A stretch of DNA of 64,000 nucleotides. Origin: an uncultured virus (IMG/VR IMGVR_UViG_3300027542_000008) (taxonomy: Duplodnaviria; Heunggongvirae; Uroviricota; Caudoviricetes). The notes under the pieces were generated by a model. The model saw only the letters and a program-made list of their open reading frames with translations. It searched no databases and had not been told where the DNA came from. The stretch is taken from IMG/VR virus record IMGVR_UViG_3300027542_000008, positions 1 to 64,000 of that record, one strand, 5' to 3'. This document shows, in pieces, positions 9,241 through 17,414 of the stretch (positions within the stretch are counted from its first letter, which is position 1; the number at the start of each line of letters is the position of its first letter). A program made the position numbers and the translations under genes.

Positions 9241-10162
9241 CCATACGCTCGAAATATGCAGAGAGTTTAAGTCTCTCATTCGCCCACATCCGCAAAAGGA
9301 ATTCCTGGAACTCGAAACCAGCATTCTCAATAACGGCTGTCTGGAACCCATAAAAGTCTGGCGCGGGTTCATCATTGACGGTCATTGCCGTTACGATATT
9401 TGTACCCGATATCATATTCCCTTTTCAGTTGAAGAAATGCCGTTCGATTGCAAGGAAGCTGCCGTTGTATGGATTTGTGCAACACAATGCAAGCGCGACA
9501 ACATAACCGAAGAAGCACGCCACTTCCTCATCGGAATGCAGTATGAAACGGAAAAGCTCATCAACTCAAATAAACGCGATGACCTTTTGAACCCACAGGA
9601 GGAAGATGATTTTTTACCGGAAAGCGAAATACTCCCCTGCCGCCACGTTACTGCGCAGCGGCTTGCAAAAGAAAACAACGTATCCTTCGGCACCATACAG
9701 AAGTATGCCCGCTACACCCGCGCCATTTTGGAAATCGGCAGGAAAGCCCCAGAGCTTGTACCCAAGATACTATCCGGGCGTTATAAAATATCGCACAATA
9801 GCATCTTGGAAGTTGAAAGGATGTCTCCGGAAGAGCTTCAAAAATTAAACAAGCGGCTCGGCAATTCCCGAAACCAGGTAATCCTGAAATTCAAAAAAAG
9901 CAGAGCCGTTATTCAAAGCAATTACACTCCTTCCGCTTCCGGCGCACAATCATCCGTAAAAGATATGCCAACCTTCGATCCTGATGCAGCCATCAACAGC
10001 TTAACGCTCACCATCCCATCGTGGCTTGATTCAATACAACGCACCAAACAAAACACAAATTTCAGCACCGTTTCCAAGCCGGCACTCATAAAAGTACAAA
10101 CCATACTTGACGAGCTTGCTTCCGCAGTAACCGAATTGCTGTTTTTAATTGAGGAGGTCTAA
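9230..10162 (+). CDS. ParB-like N-terminal domain protein with HTH
   Basis: SILNNGCLEPIKVW...IIDGHCRY; TAQRLAKENNVSFGTIQKY. Confidence 0.8.
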   Translation: METNHTLEICREFKSLIRPHPQKEFLELETSILNNGCLEPIKVWRGFIIDGHCRYDICTRYHIPFSVEEMPFDCKEAAVVWICATQCKRDNITEEARHFLIGMQYETEKLINSNKRDDLLNPQEEDDFLPESEILPCRHVTAQRLAKENNVSFGTIQKYARYTRAILEIGRKAPELVPKILSGRYKISHNSILEVERMSPEELQKLNKRLGNSRNQVILKFKKSRAVIQSNYTPSASGAQSSVKDMPTFDPDAAINSLTLTIPSWLDSIQRTKQNTNFSTVSKPALIKVQTILDELASAVTELLFLIEEV

Positions 10163-10164
10163 AA

Positions 10165-11124
10165 ATGCCCGATTTCTCTGCTTTCGTACCCAACGTACAT
10201 TTTGAGCAAATACCCATAAAAAACTTGGTATCCAACCAGGAGTATCAACGCAACCTCTCCCGCTCTCATATCAACCGCGCGGCAGAAAACTTCGACCTTT
10301 ACCAAATAAACCCTGTAAAAGTCAGCCGCCGCAATGGAATCAATTATGTATTCAACGGGCAGCACACCATTGAAATCGTGGCGCTCGTTTCCGGTTCCCG
10401 CGAAACGCCGGTCTGGTGTATGGTTTACGATGACCTTGACTATTCGCATGAAGCGGACATCTTCGCAAACCAGATGAAGTTCGTCAAGCCGCTCATTCCT
10501 TACGAAATCTTTATGGCAAATATCGAAGCCGGAAATGACAAACAATTAATGATACGAGACCTGGTTGAATCCTATGGAATGATAATCGGTTCTTCCAAAA
10601 AACCGGGCGCGATTTGCGCAGTTTCCACGCTTGAGTACATCTTCGACAAACATGGATACCACGCCTTAGACCGCGTGTTACGGCTTATTATCGGCGCTTG
10701 GGAAGGAGACTATAATTCCTTCAGCGCAAACATTATGAAAGCCGTTGCAAAGCTGGTCGTGGTCTATAAAGAAGCGCTGGACGATGACCTGTTCAAAGAA
10801 AAGCTCGGCGCTATTTCCATTAAGCAGCTCACCCGCACCGCGAAGGAACGCCGGGCAGGTTGCATGGGCTACGCCGAAGTAATGGTTCTGGAATATAACG
10901 GAAAGAAAAAATCCAACGCAGCCAAACTTCAGTTGAACGCGCTCTTCGCAAAGGACTACTCCGGGCTTGATAATATTGGCGATGACGATGAGTTCTACGA
11001 AGTAAATGACGATGCGCTTTTCCAGAACGGCGGTCAGGTAGAAGAACTCACGCTTGACGAAAACCTCAACGAGGTATCATCGGAAGATGGCGAAGAAGAA
11101 ACCGGAAACGATGACGAGGAATAA
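10165..11124 (+). CDS. ParB-superfamily protein (DUF6551-like)
   Basis: EYQRNLS...NPVKVSRR...VFNGQHT; acidic tail. Confidence 0.7.
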   Translation: MPDFSAFVPNVHFEQIPIKNLVSNQEYQRNLSRSHINRAAENFDLYQINPVKVSRRNGINYVFNGQHTIEIVALVSGSRETPVWCMVYDDLDYSHEADIFANQMKFVKPLIPYEIFMANIEAGNDKQLMIRDLVESYGMIIGSSKKPGAICAVSTLEYIFDKHGYHALDRVLRLIIGAWEGDYNSFSANIMKAVAKLVVVYKEALDDDLFKEKLGAISIKQLTRTAKERRAGCMGYAEVMVLEYNGKKKSNAAKLQLNALFAKDYSGLDNIGDDDEFYEVNDDALFQNGGQVEELTLDENLNEVSSEDGEEETGNDDEE

Positions 11125-11287
11125 ACCCTCCCGTCCGGAGCTGAAGTTCCACTTCCATAATCCCAACACGCCGGAAGAAACAGTCGCGCTTTTACTGTAT
11201 GCTTTTTACGATATGCAACGCAACCGCGCGCGGAAAGCTATTGATGAAGCCGCTTCCGAAAATGAAGAAAACCACCACCCCGATTAA
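11110..11287 (+). CDS. Small hypothetical protein
   Basis: FHFHNPNTPEET motif, which I associate with small genes next to recombinases. Confidence 0.5.
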
Positions 11288-11302
11288 GAGGTGATGGTTT
11301 TT
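11265..11302. terminator. Hairpin repeat copy 1 (bidirectional terminator)
   Basis: aaaaccaccacccc-gattaa-gaggtgatggttttt between convergent genes. Confidence 0.7.
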
Positions 11303-11304
11303 AT

Positions 11305-13071
11305 TTATGCTTCTTCAGTATTGCTGTCCGGGTTTTCTTCCGGAAGCGTAACGCCGAATATCGATGCGAGTTCTTTTTTAATCAGCTTCCTTCTTTCATT
11401 AAAGAACACATCAAAATCTTTCAGTTCAAGTGAAACGCCCGCGGGACGATACAAAAAGTTATACCCTGCGTTCACCCATTCATAAAGCGGTGTTTTATTC
11501 TTTGACTCGTTTTCTGTACCTTCCAAAAATTGAAGGTTCGGAAGGAGATTACGCTTCTTCTGCCACTCCTTCACTTTTTCTTCGGTCAGCCCCAGTGCAA
11601 TTATATTTTTATCATCAAAAGATACGTGTGGGTGACAATGGTCCTGATGGAACGCAACCTGGCTCAACTTGTAATTCGGGTAAAGCAGCGCCAAAAGCAA
11701 ATATGTGCTTTGCCCTTTTTCGTAGGTATTCAGCCAATGGTCGATGTCCTTTTCAGAAACCGTAAATGTTCTGCCACCGGTGAGCGTGGTTTCCGCGAAA
11801 AGTGATAACCCGAAAACCGCCTTCTTGCAATCAAGCGCTTTCAGCACGTTGCGCGTTTTATTCAAAGCATCGTTACTTGCAACACCGAAGAGGCGCTGAG
11901 CCATAGCAACCGACAGGAATTTACGCACTTCCTTTTTCGCTTCTTTATCTTTTATCTTGCCGCCCTTGTATAAGAAATAAACGATGGGCATCGTTGCGTT
12001 ATACGAAGTCAAGGTTTCGTTGGAAAGACCAATGTCTGCCAGGACAGTTGACATGGTATCTGCGGCGGCGTATATCGCATCCCAATTATCACGAATCGAT
12101 AAAACCGTCTTTTGATTTAAAGAGTTTATTTTCAGGTTTGTATTAGCATCAACCAGAACCAGGCAAAGTCGCATCAAGTAATCTCTGGTGAAATTGAACT
12201 TGTCCCCTTTGGAATTCATCGTGGCGAGAAGGTTTTCAATATTCTCTTTGCCGGTCTTCCACCCGTCTATCAAGGTCGAAAAAAGTAAGTCAGATTTTGA
12301 GAGCTTTCTGCCGGTGGAGTTTACGCGCACAAAGATGTCCAGAGCTTCATCGTATGTATTTTCGGAAATACAATAGTAATGAATCAACCCATTCCCGGAA
12401 GCGTTGTGCAGACGCTCAAAGAGCATTGACAAGTCATCGATTACCTTTTCATCGGTTGTCAGATTATTCAAAGCAAGCACAAACCGCTGCAATTTATCGA
12501 ATGCGAGTAAATTTTTTATTTTGTAATAATGTCCCGCTTCCGCATCCTCCTTTGTTAAAAAAACAAAGCGCTTCCTGGGGTTCTCATCATCCTCTTCTTC
12601 ATTGGATGCCGCGTAGAAATCAAGGTTATAATAAAGCTCTTTTGTCAACCACGACTTTGGATTATCCCAAGCGTGTCCCCTGCCGCCCTTGTAATATGTA
12701 TACGAACCATAAAGTGCAATGTTCAGTGAGGTGATACGCTGCTGTCCATCAAGCACGATGTAATAATCAATTTCGTTGCTAAACACCTCCGGCGCTTTTT
12801 CATTCTTCGTTTTCCAGCGCTCGTACTCACGCAGAAAATAATACAGGTTCGGTTTTTCTGCGTTTATGGTTGCGCGGTTGGTTTTCCAGAAAATACAAGA
12901 GCCAATCGGGTACTCGTCCACTATTGATTCAAACAGCCTTTCGATTTCCTGATAGTCCCATACATATTCCCTCTGGATATCCGGCAGCAATAAGGTATGG
13001 TTCTCGGCAAAGCGCAGCGCATCAAGGGCGCTCATATCTTCGTATTTATTGTTAGTGGGCATTGAGTTCAC
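11305..13071 (-). CDS. GmrSD-like type IV restriction nuclease (DUF262 + DUF1524/HNH)
   Basis: LPDIQREYVW, VLDGQQRITSL, IFVRVNSTG; C-terminal DHCHP...NLQFL...NESKN. Confidence 0.85.
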   Translation of the reverse strand: MNSMPTNNKYEDMSALDALRFAENHTLLLPDIQREYVWDYQEIERLFESIVDEYPIGSCIFWKTNRATINAEKPNLYYFLREYERWKTKNEKAPEVFSNEIDYYIVLDGQQRITSLNIALYGSYTYYKGGRGHAWDNPKSWLTKELYYNLDFYAASNEEEDDENPRKRFVFLTKEDAEAGHYYKIKNLLAFDKLQRFVLALNNLTTDEKVIDDLSMLFERLHNASGNGLIHYYCISENTYDEALDIFVRVNSTGRKLSKSDLLFSTLIDGWKTGKENIENLLATMNSKGDKFNFTRDYLMRLCLVLVDANTNLKINSLNQKTVLSIRDNWDAIYAAADTMSTVLADIGLSNETLTSYNATMPIVYFLYKGGKIKDKEAKKEVRKFLSVAMAQRLFGVASNDALNKTRNVLKALDCKKAVFGLSLFAETTLTGGRTFTVSEKDIDHWLNTYEKGQSTYLLLALLYPNYKLSQVAFHQDHCHPHVSFDDKNIIALGLTEEKVKEWQKKRNLLPNLQFLEGTENESKNKTPLYEWVNAGYNFLYRPAGVSLELKDFDVFFNERRKLIKKELASIFGVTLPEENPDSNTEEA

Positions 13072-13138
13072 CTCGCAATCTTCTTCTCTTTTATAATACT
13101 ACATTTTCGTAACTTTCACAATGGATTTTACGATAAAA

Positions 13139-13176
13139 AAGAAAAACCACCACCCCGATTAAGGGATGATTGTTTT
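13139..13176. repeat. Hairpin repeat copy 2
   Basis: aaaaccaccaccccgattaag identical to 11268-11288. Confidence 0.8.
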
Positions 13177-13186
13177 CTCGGATAGA

Positions 13187-13315
13187 TTAATCTAATCTAT
13201 CAAGTTCTTCTTCAAAACACTCATCACAGATAATCTGGAAGGGGTATTTTGAACGGACTTTACGCCCGCACACTACACAAAGAGTGTAATGCTTATGAAT
13301 ATTAAAATAATTCAT
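13187..13315 (-). CDS. 42-aa Zn-finger microprotein (not in ORF track)
   Basis: MNYFNIHKHYTLCVVCGRKVRSKYPFQIICDECFEEELDRLD; RBS aggagg. Confidence 0.6.
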   Translation of the reverse strand: MNYFNIHKHYTLCVVCGRKVRSKYPFQIICDECFEEELDRLD

Positions 13316-13492
13316 AAAAACCTCCTCTTCACACTCGATGGGATTTTTTAAGTGAGTGTGAAAGTGTTCATAGGTATATACACGATCCGAACTACTATTT
13401 TGATGGTGTTTTCAAAAAAAGTTGCAAAAAAATAAAAAAAATTTACCGCCACCCGGTTGGGATGACGGTTTTTTCATTAAAATGGTAGAAAA

Positions 13493-13654
13493 CTATTCCG
13501 GCTTGCTTTTCTTTTCCGGTTCTTCTGCGGGTTCTTCAAAAGGAGCCTCAAACTGCTTACCGCATTTATTGCAGACAACCGAGCCTTTTGTTTCCTGTAA
13601 AATTAACCCTTTCTGGACTGCGCCGCATTCCGGGCAGATTGCTGTTGTACGCAT
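13493..13654 (-). CDS. 53-aa Zn-ribbon protein (not in ORF track)
   Basis: MRTTAICPECG...VVCNKCGKQFE; RBS aggag, 10 nt after the upstream stop. Confidence 0.7.
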   Translation of the reverse strand: MRTTAICPECGAVQKGLILQETKGSVVCNKCGKQFEAPFEEPAEEPEKKSKPE

Positions 13655-13664
13655 TTTCTTTCTC

Positions 13665-15074
13665 CTATTTATAGACCGAGAGTGTTTTCGTAATGTCCGA
13701 AGTCAGGTTCTTCCCGCTGCGGGTTTTATCGCTCGTGGTTTTCGCCAAGCTGAACCAGTATTTGCTTCCCTTATAAACCAGCTTGTAGTGCGTGTTCTCG
13801 CTTGTGATTTCAAAGCCCACCCTTTTCAGCTCTGCCAGCTCTTTCGCGGAAAGGTCTTCACCATCAGCGAATATAGACTTAACCACTTCGAACAGTTCCT
13901 TGCCTTTTCCGATTATATGGTTATGCGCCAAAAGGTCGGTGAGCAGTTCTTTCTGCCGAGTATCCTTTGTGCCGCAGTTCGACAGCGCTTTCTGTAAAAT
14001 GGAAACCACCAAATCGTGCTGTTCGCCTTCGAAGAACTCCGGAATGCTTGAAGCCTCTAATACCGTTTGAACGGCATCGTTTTTCGTAAGCGCTCTGTTC
14101 AGGCTTTCGTTCTTTGCAGTCAACTGCATGTTCTCTTGCACCAGCGCTGCGATTCTTTCCTCTGCCCTTTTCAGCTTTTCGTCCAGCGTTTCGTTTGCAT
14201 CGAACGCTTCTTCTGCCAGAGCAGCATTTTCTTTCGCTTCCTTATGAACCAGCTCAGCGTGAAGTGCTTCCCAAGTCGGTGCTTCGGCATCAACCGCTGC
14301 GGTTACAAACCTTTGCACTTCATTTGCTATCTGCTTATCAAGCGTTGCGCCCAGGAACGCATCCTTTTTCCGGAACTGACGCGGCTTCCCACCTTTGCAG
14401 TAAATTGTAACCGCGCCATTGAACGGCACTGCACATTTCGCCTTATCCTTCAGAAGTCTTGTGTATTCGTTATCGCACACCACAATGTACGCAAGTCCTG
14501 CCAACTTCCTCGAAAGCGCAAAATCATCAATCTCGATTGCCTGGCTTCCAAAATATGTAGTCGCAAGAATTAACGGCAATTCCTCAGTATATTCTTCCTG
14601 AATAGCAGCCGCTATCCAATCGAGCAGGTCATTGGTTGCTTCAACGGTCCTGGAAGTAATAGGAACCTTCGGTTGCTTTACATACCCGCTGTTTACAAAA
14701 GTGCGAATAACCTCTGTGCGCATTTCAGGTGCTTCGTCAAATCTGGTCGCATCGCGGGAGCAATCAATGTGGAAGAACACCTCCTTCTCACTGCCGGCAC
14801 TTTTAAGAATAACTTCGTTCGTCCAGGTCTGCTGATGGAATTCCTGTTCCAACTTGAACAGGGTGAACGTTGAATCTTCCTTTTCGATTTGGAAAGTATC
14901 CGCAATACAATATTCCGCTTCCAGATGCACACCAACTTTCTCTTCGCAGGCTTCGAGCTGTTCAGCCACCGCCTTGCAAGGACCGGCATTTTTCATCCAC
15001 TGATTTATGGTTCCGAAAAACTCCGCTTCCGTAAACGCATCAACCATTTTCAGCTTTGTTGATACAACTCTCAT
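13665..15074 (-). CDS. Uncharacterised protein: N-terminal domains, coiled coil, HicA-like C-terminus
   Basis: Coiled coil LDEKLKRAEERIAAL; ELKRVGFEITSENTHYKL...TSD...KN. Confidence 0.7.
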   Translation of the reverse strand: MRVVSTKLKMVDAFTEAEFFGTINQWMKNAGPCKAVAEQLEACEEKVGVHLEAEYCIADTFQIEKEDSTFTLFKLEQEFHQQTWTNEVILKSAGSEKEVFFHIDCSRDATRFDEAPEMRTEVIRTFVNSGYVKQPKVPITSRTVEATNDLLDWIAAAIQEEYTEELPLILATTYFGSQAIEIDDFALSRKLAGLAYIVVCDNEYTRLLKDKAKCAVPFNGAVTIYCKGGKPRQFRKKDAFLGATLDKQIANEVQRFVTAAVDAEAPTWEALHAELVHKEAKENAALAEEAFDANETLDEKLKRAEERIAALVQENMQLTAKNESLNRALTKNDAVQTVLEASSIPEFFEGEQHDLVVSILQKALSNCGTKDTRQKELLTDLLAHNHIIGKGKELFEVVKSIFADGEDLSAKELAELKRVGFEITSENTHYKLVYKGSKYWFSLAKTTSDKTRSGKNLTSDITKTLSVYK

Positions 15075-16141
15075 CTGTCATCCTCCTCATTTGTATGGTT
15101 TAGAATCGAGAGAAGCATTTCATAAGCTGCCAGCCGTTTCGCTTCCTTCTTCGAACTTGCCTCGTAAAAATATGCGTCCTCATATTCGGCGATGCTGCAT
15201 TCGCAGGTCCAGACCGGGTTCCCGTTTTCATCGTGGTCCTCTTCGAACTCATAAACCGGCGCAGAGAAGTATCCCTTCTGGGACAGCTCGTGAAGTTGGC
15301 TCACTGCTCTTTCGCGCGAAGGTTCACCAATCTCATCCTGCATTGTGCGCAGAAGACCGTTTTCATCCAAATAATCATACGCAAGCTCCGCCGCCGCCAT
15401 TCTTGCCAGGCTCTTTGAATACCCGAAACCAACAAACGGTTCACCATCATCAATGCGCAATTCACAAACAATATCACCTTCACCCGCTTCCATTCTTTCA
15501 CGCCGGTTTACAAAGGTGTAACACCGAAGCATGCGGTTTAAGTCGTAAGTCTGCTTGTCCGTAAACTTGTAATCGGGTAATTCCCCGATGCGCTTCTGCT
15601 GCCAACGCTGGATGATGGAAACATAGTCCTGGTCCTCATCGAACCCTTCATCCAAATAGCAATCAACGTGCAGCATCATTTCCACCGCGTCCTGCATTGC
15701 AGCCATATCCCAACCGCTGTCAAGGGCAACAGCGCCGAGAATTGCTTCAAATAAATCCTCTTTCACATGGGTTTCGTTCTGGACATTATTCTTTTTGTCC
15801 CCTTTCCCCATAATTAAGTAATCCGCGAATCCAAGCTCGTCTATGCGCTCAGCCAGCATCTTACTTTCCACCAGATGCTTCTTAAACTCAGTGAGCTTGC
15901 CTTCTGTGTATTCGCACTCATACTCGTTGCGTTCGTTAATTTCACCGTAATACTCAGTCAGAACCTTGACGATGATCAGGTCCAGAACCTTATCGCCAAT
16001 GAACTCCAACACTTCATTGTTATCGCCATCGTGCGTTTCTTCCGTATAGCTTTTCCGGGTGAACGCTTGCTGCAATAACAACCTGTTCTCGAACTCGTAA
16101 CCGATTTGCTGTTCAATCTCGGTGTACTGTTCATCCTTCAT
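15071..16141 (-). CDS. rnc: Ribonuclease III with two dsRBD-like domains (accessory copy)
   Basis: NEVLEFIGD and EDLFEAILGA catalytic motifs; GYSKSLARMAAA and SSKKEAKRLAA dsRBD helices. Confidence 0.9.
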   Translation of the reverse strand: MKDEQYTEIEQQIGYEFENRLLLQQAFTRKSYTEETHDGDNNEVLEFIGDKVLDLIIVKVLTEYYGEINERNEYECEYTEGKLTEFKKHLVESKMLAERIDELGFADYLIMGKGDKKNNVQNETHVKEDLFEAILGAVALDSGWDMAAMQDAVEMMLHVDCYLDEGFDEDQDYVSIIQRWQQKRIGELPDYKFTDKQTYDLNRMLRCYTFVNRRERMEAGEGDIVCELRIDDGEPFVGFGYSKSLARMAAAELAYDYLDENGLLRTMQDEIGEPSRERAVSQLHELSQKGYFSAPVYEFEEDHDENGNPVWTCECSIAEYEDAYFYEASSKKEAKRLAAYEMLLSILNHTNEEDDR

Positions 16142-16346
16142 AAAAAAATACCTCCGTGTTTATTTCACAGAGGGCATAAAATGAGCCTGACGAATATAGA
16201 CTACGCCCTTGTAGCCCCGTCAGGCATCAACTCAAAAAATGGTGTTATATAAATCATTCGTCCTTGTTCCCTGTCACTTGCATAACAGGTCGCAAATCCA
16301 AGATGCTTTACATCCGACTATTTTTTTTGCAATGCCCTTCTCTGTG
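16142..16346 (-). ncRNA. Structured 5' leader of the RNase III operon (putative switch)
   Basis: Stem gcctgacg/cgtcaggc; 5' cacagagaagggcat pairs with atgccctctgtg; competing RBS hairpin ctctgtg/cacggag. Confidence 0.55.
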
Positions 16347-16351
16347 CTTTT

Positions 16352-16380
16352 ATTATATCAAACAGGCAGCCCGCTGTCAA
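16352..16380 (-). promoter_or_regulatory. Consensus sigma-A promoter
   Basis: TTGACA-17bp-TATAAT with TG extension. Confidence 0.85.
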
Positions 16381-16418
16381 TGGGTAGAATTCAAAAACAG
16401 CGGGAAACCAGCTCAATT

Positions 16419-17081
16419 TTAATTGCTCGTTCCGGAAACAGATGTTACCTTGCCATCCTGACATTGAACGATATAAGTGGTTTTTCCATTTTCACTGAAA
16501 TAATAGGTATAAGTTACCCAATGCCTATGCTGGTTATCACCTTCATGTTTTACTCTTGATGCATATTCGCCAAGTCCTGTAAAACTGATAAGTTCTTCTG
16601 ACATTCCCACATACGGAAGGTCTGGGTGCGGAACGGTTTCTGTAACGTATTTGAACTTATAATCACCTTTCTTTTCAAGCATGTAGCTGTTCAACGATGA
16701 AATGCTATAAGTGCCACCTTCATAAAACACATATTCCATAATGGATATTCTGCCCTCTTTGAAGCAGTCCATATCATAATTTGAATTCTTTAAAACCGAT
16801 AATGCTCCCCAAATAGACTCATAGTCTCCGGTTTCCTCCGTTTCCAGATAAATGGTTAAACTATATATTTTGTATTCTTTTTCGTTTGATGTCAGCGTGT
16901 TCAGGAATTCAGTTCTAATTTCGGTGCAGGAATAACCTTTATCACTCAATAGTGCATCTGCCTGGTTCCGCGCATTTGAAAGTAATTTTTCATCACTCGC
17001 AGAGCAGCCAACAACGAAGAATGAAAACACGCAAACCGCAGCGATACCTATAATGATTTTTGATAAAAGTTTTTTCCCCAT
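16419..17081 (-). CDS. Putative lipoprotein
   Basis: Signal peptide ending in a VVGC lipobox. Confidence 0.7.
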   Translation of the reverse strand: MGKKLLSKIIIGIAAVCVFSFFVVGCSASDEKLLSNARNQADALLSDKGYSCTEIRTEFLNTLTSNEKEYKIYSLTIYLETEETGDYESIWGALSVLKNSNYDMDCFKEGRISIMEYVFYEGGTYSISSLNSYMLEKKGDYKFKYVTETVPHPDLPYVGMSEELISFTGLGEYASRVKHEGDNQHRHWVTYTYYFSENGKTTYIVQCQDGKVTSVSGTSN

Positions 17082-17103
17082 GCTTCGCTCCGTAAATAAA
17101 CTT

Positions 17104-17343
17104 TTATTTCTTGAATACGATGTTATAAAAATCCATCATCAGCTTTTCAATGACCTTAAATTCAAACGTAGGTACATATCCAACAGAGGACATCAAGCCC
17201 CCGTTTTTCTCGCCCAACTCGGTCAACTTCCAAGAGTTAGTACCGTTTTTAATAATCAAGCCCATTTCTTCCCACATTTGATAAACTAAATCTGTGCTGA
17301 ATCCAAATCTCTTAGCCACAAATCTTGCGGACATTCTATCCAA
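17104..17343 (-). CDS. Small winged-helix-like hypothetical protein
   Basis: WEEMGLI...WKLTELG motif. Confidence 0.55.
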   Translation of the reverse strand: MDRMSARFVAKRFGFSTDLVYQMWEEMGLIIKNGTNSWKLTELGEKNGGLMSSVGYVPTFEFKVIEKLMMDFYNIVFKK

Positions 17344-17414
17344 TTTTACTACCCCTGTTTTCGTTTGGTAGTGAAATTATATCATTTTTTAAATGATGTG
17401 TAAAGCGTTATGCC

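Noticed and set aside
13422..13997. 191-aa plus-strand ORF
   Set aside because: Antisense to the 469-aa and Zn-ribbon genes; starts in an A-tract and crosses a terminator
15071..16141. Housekeeping rnc marking a return to core chromosome
   Set aside because: No usual core neighbours (e.g. smc, acpP, era); extra dsRBD; flanked by accessory genes
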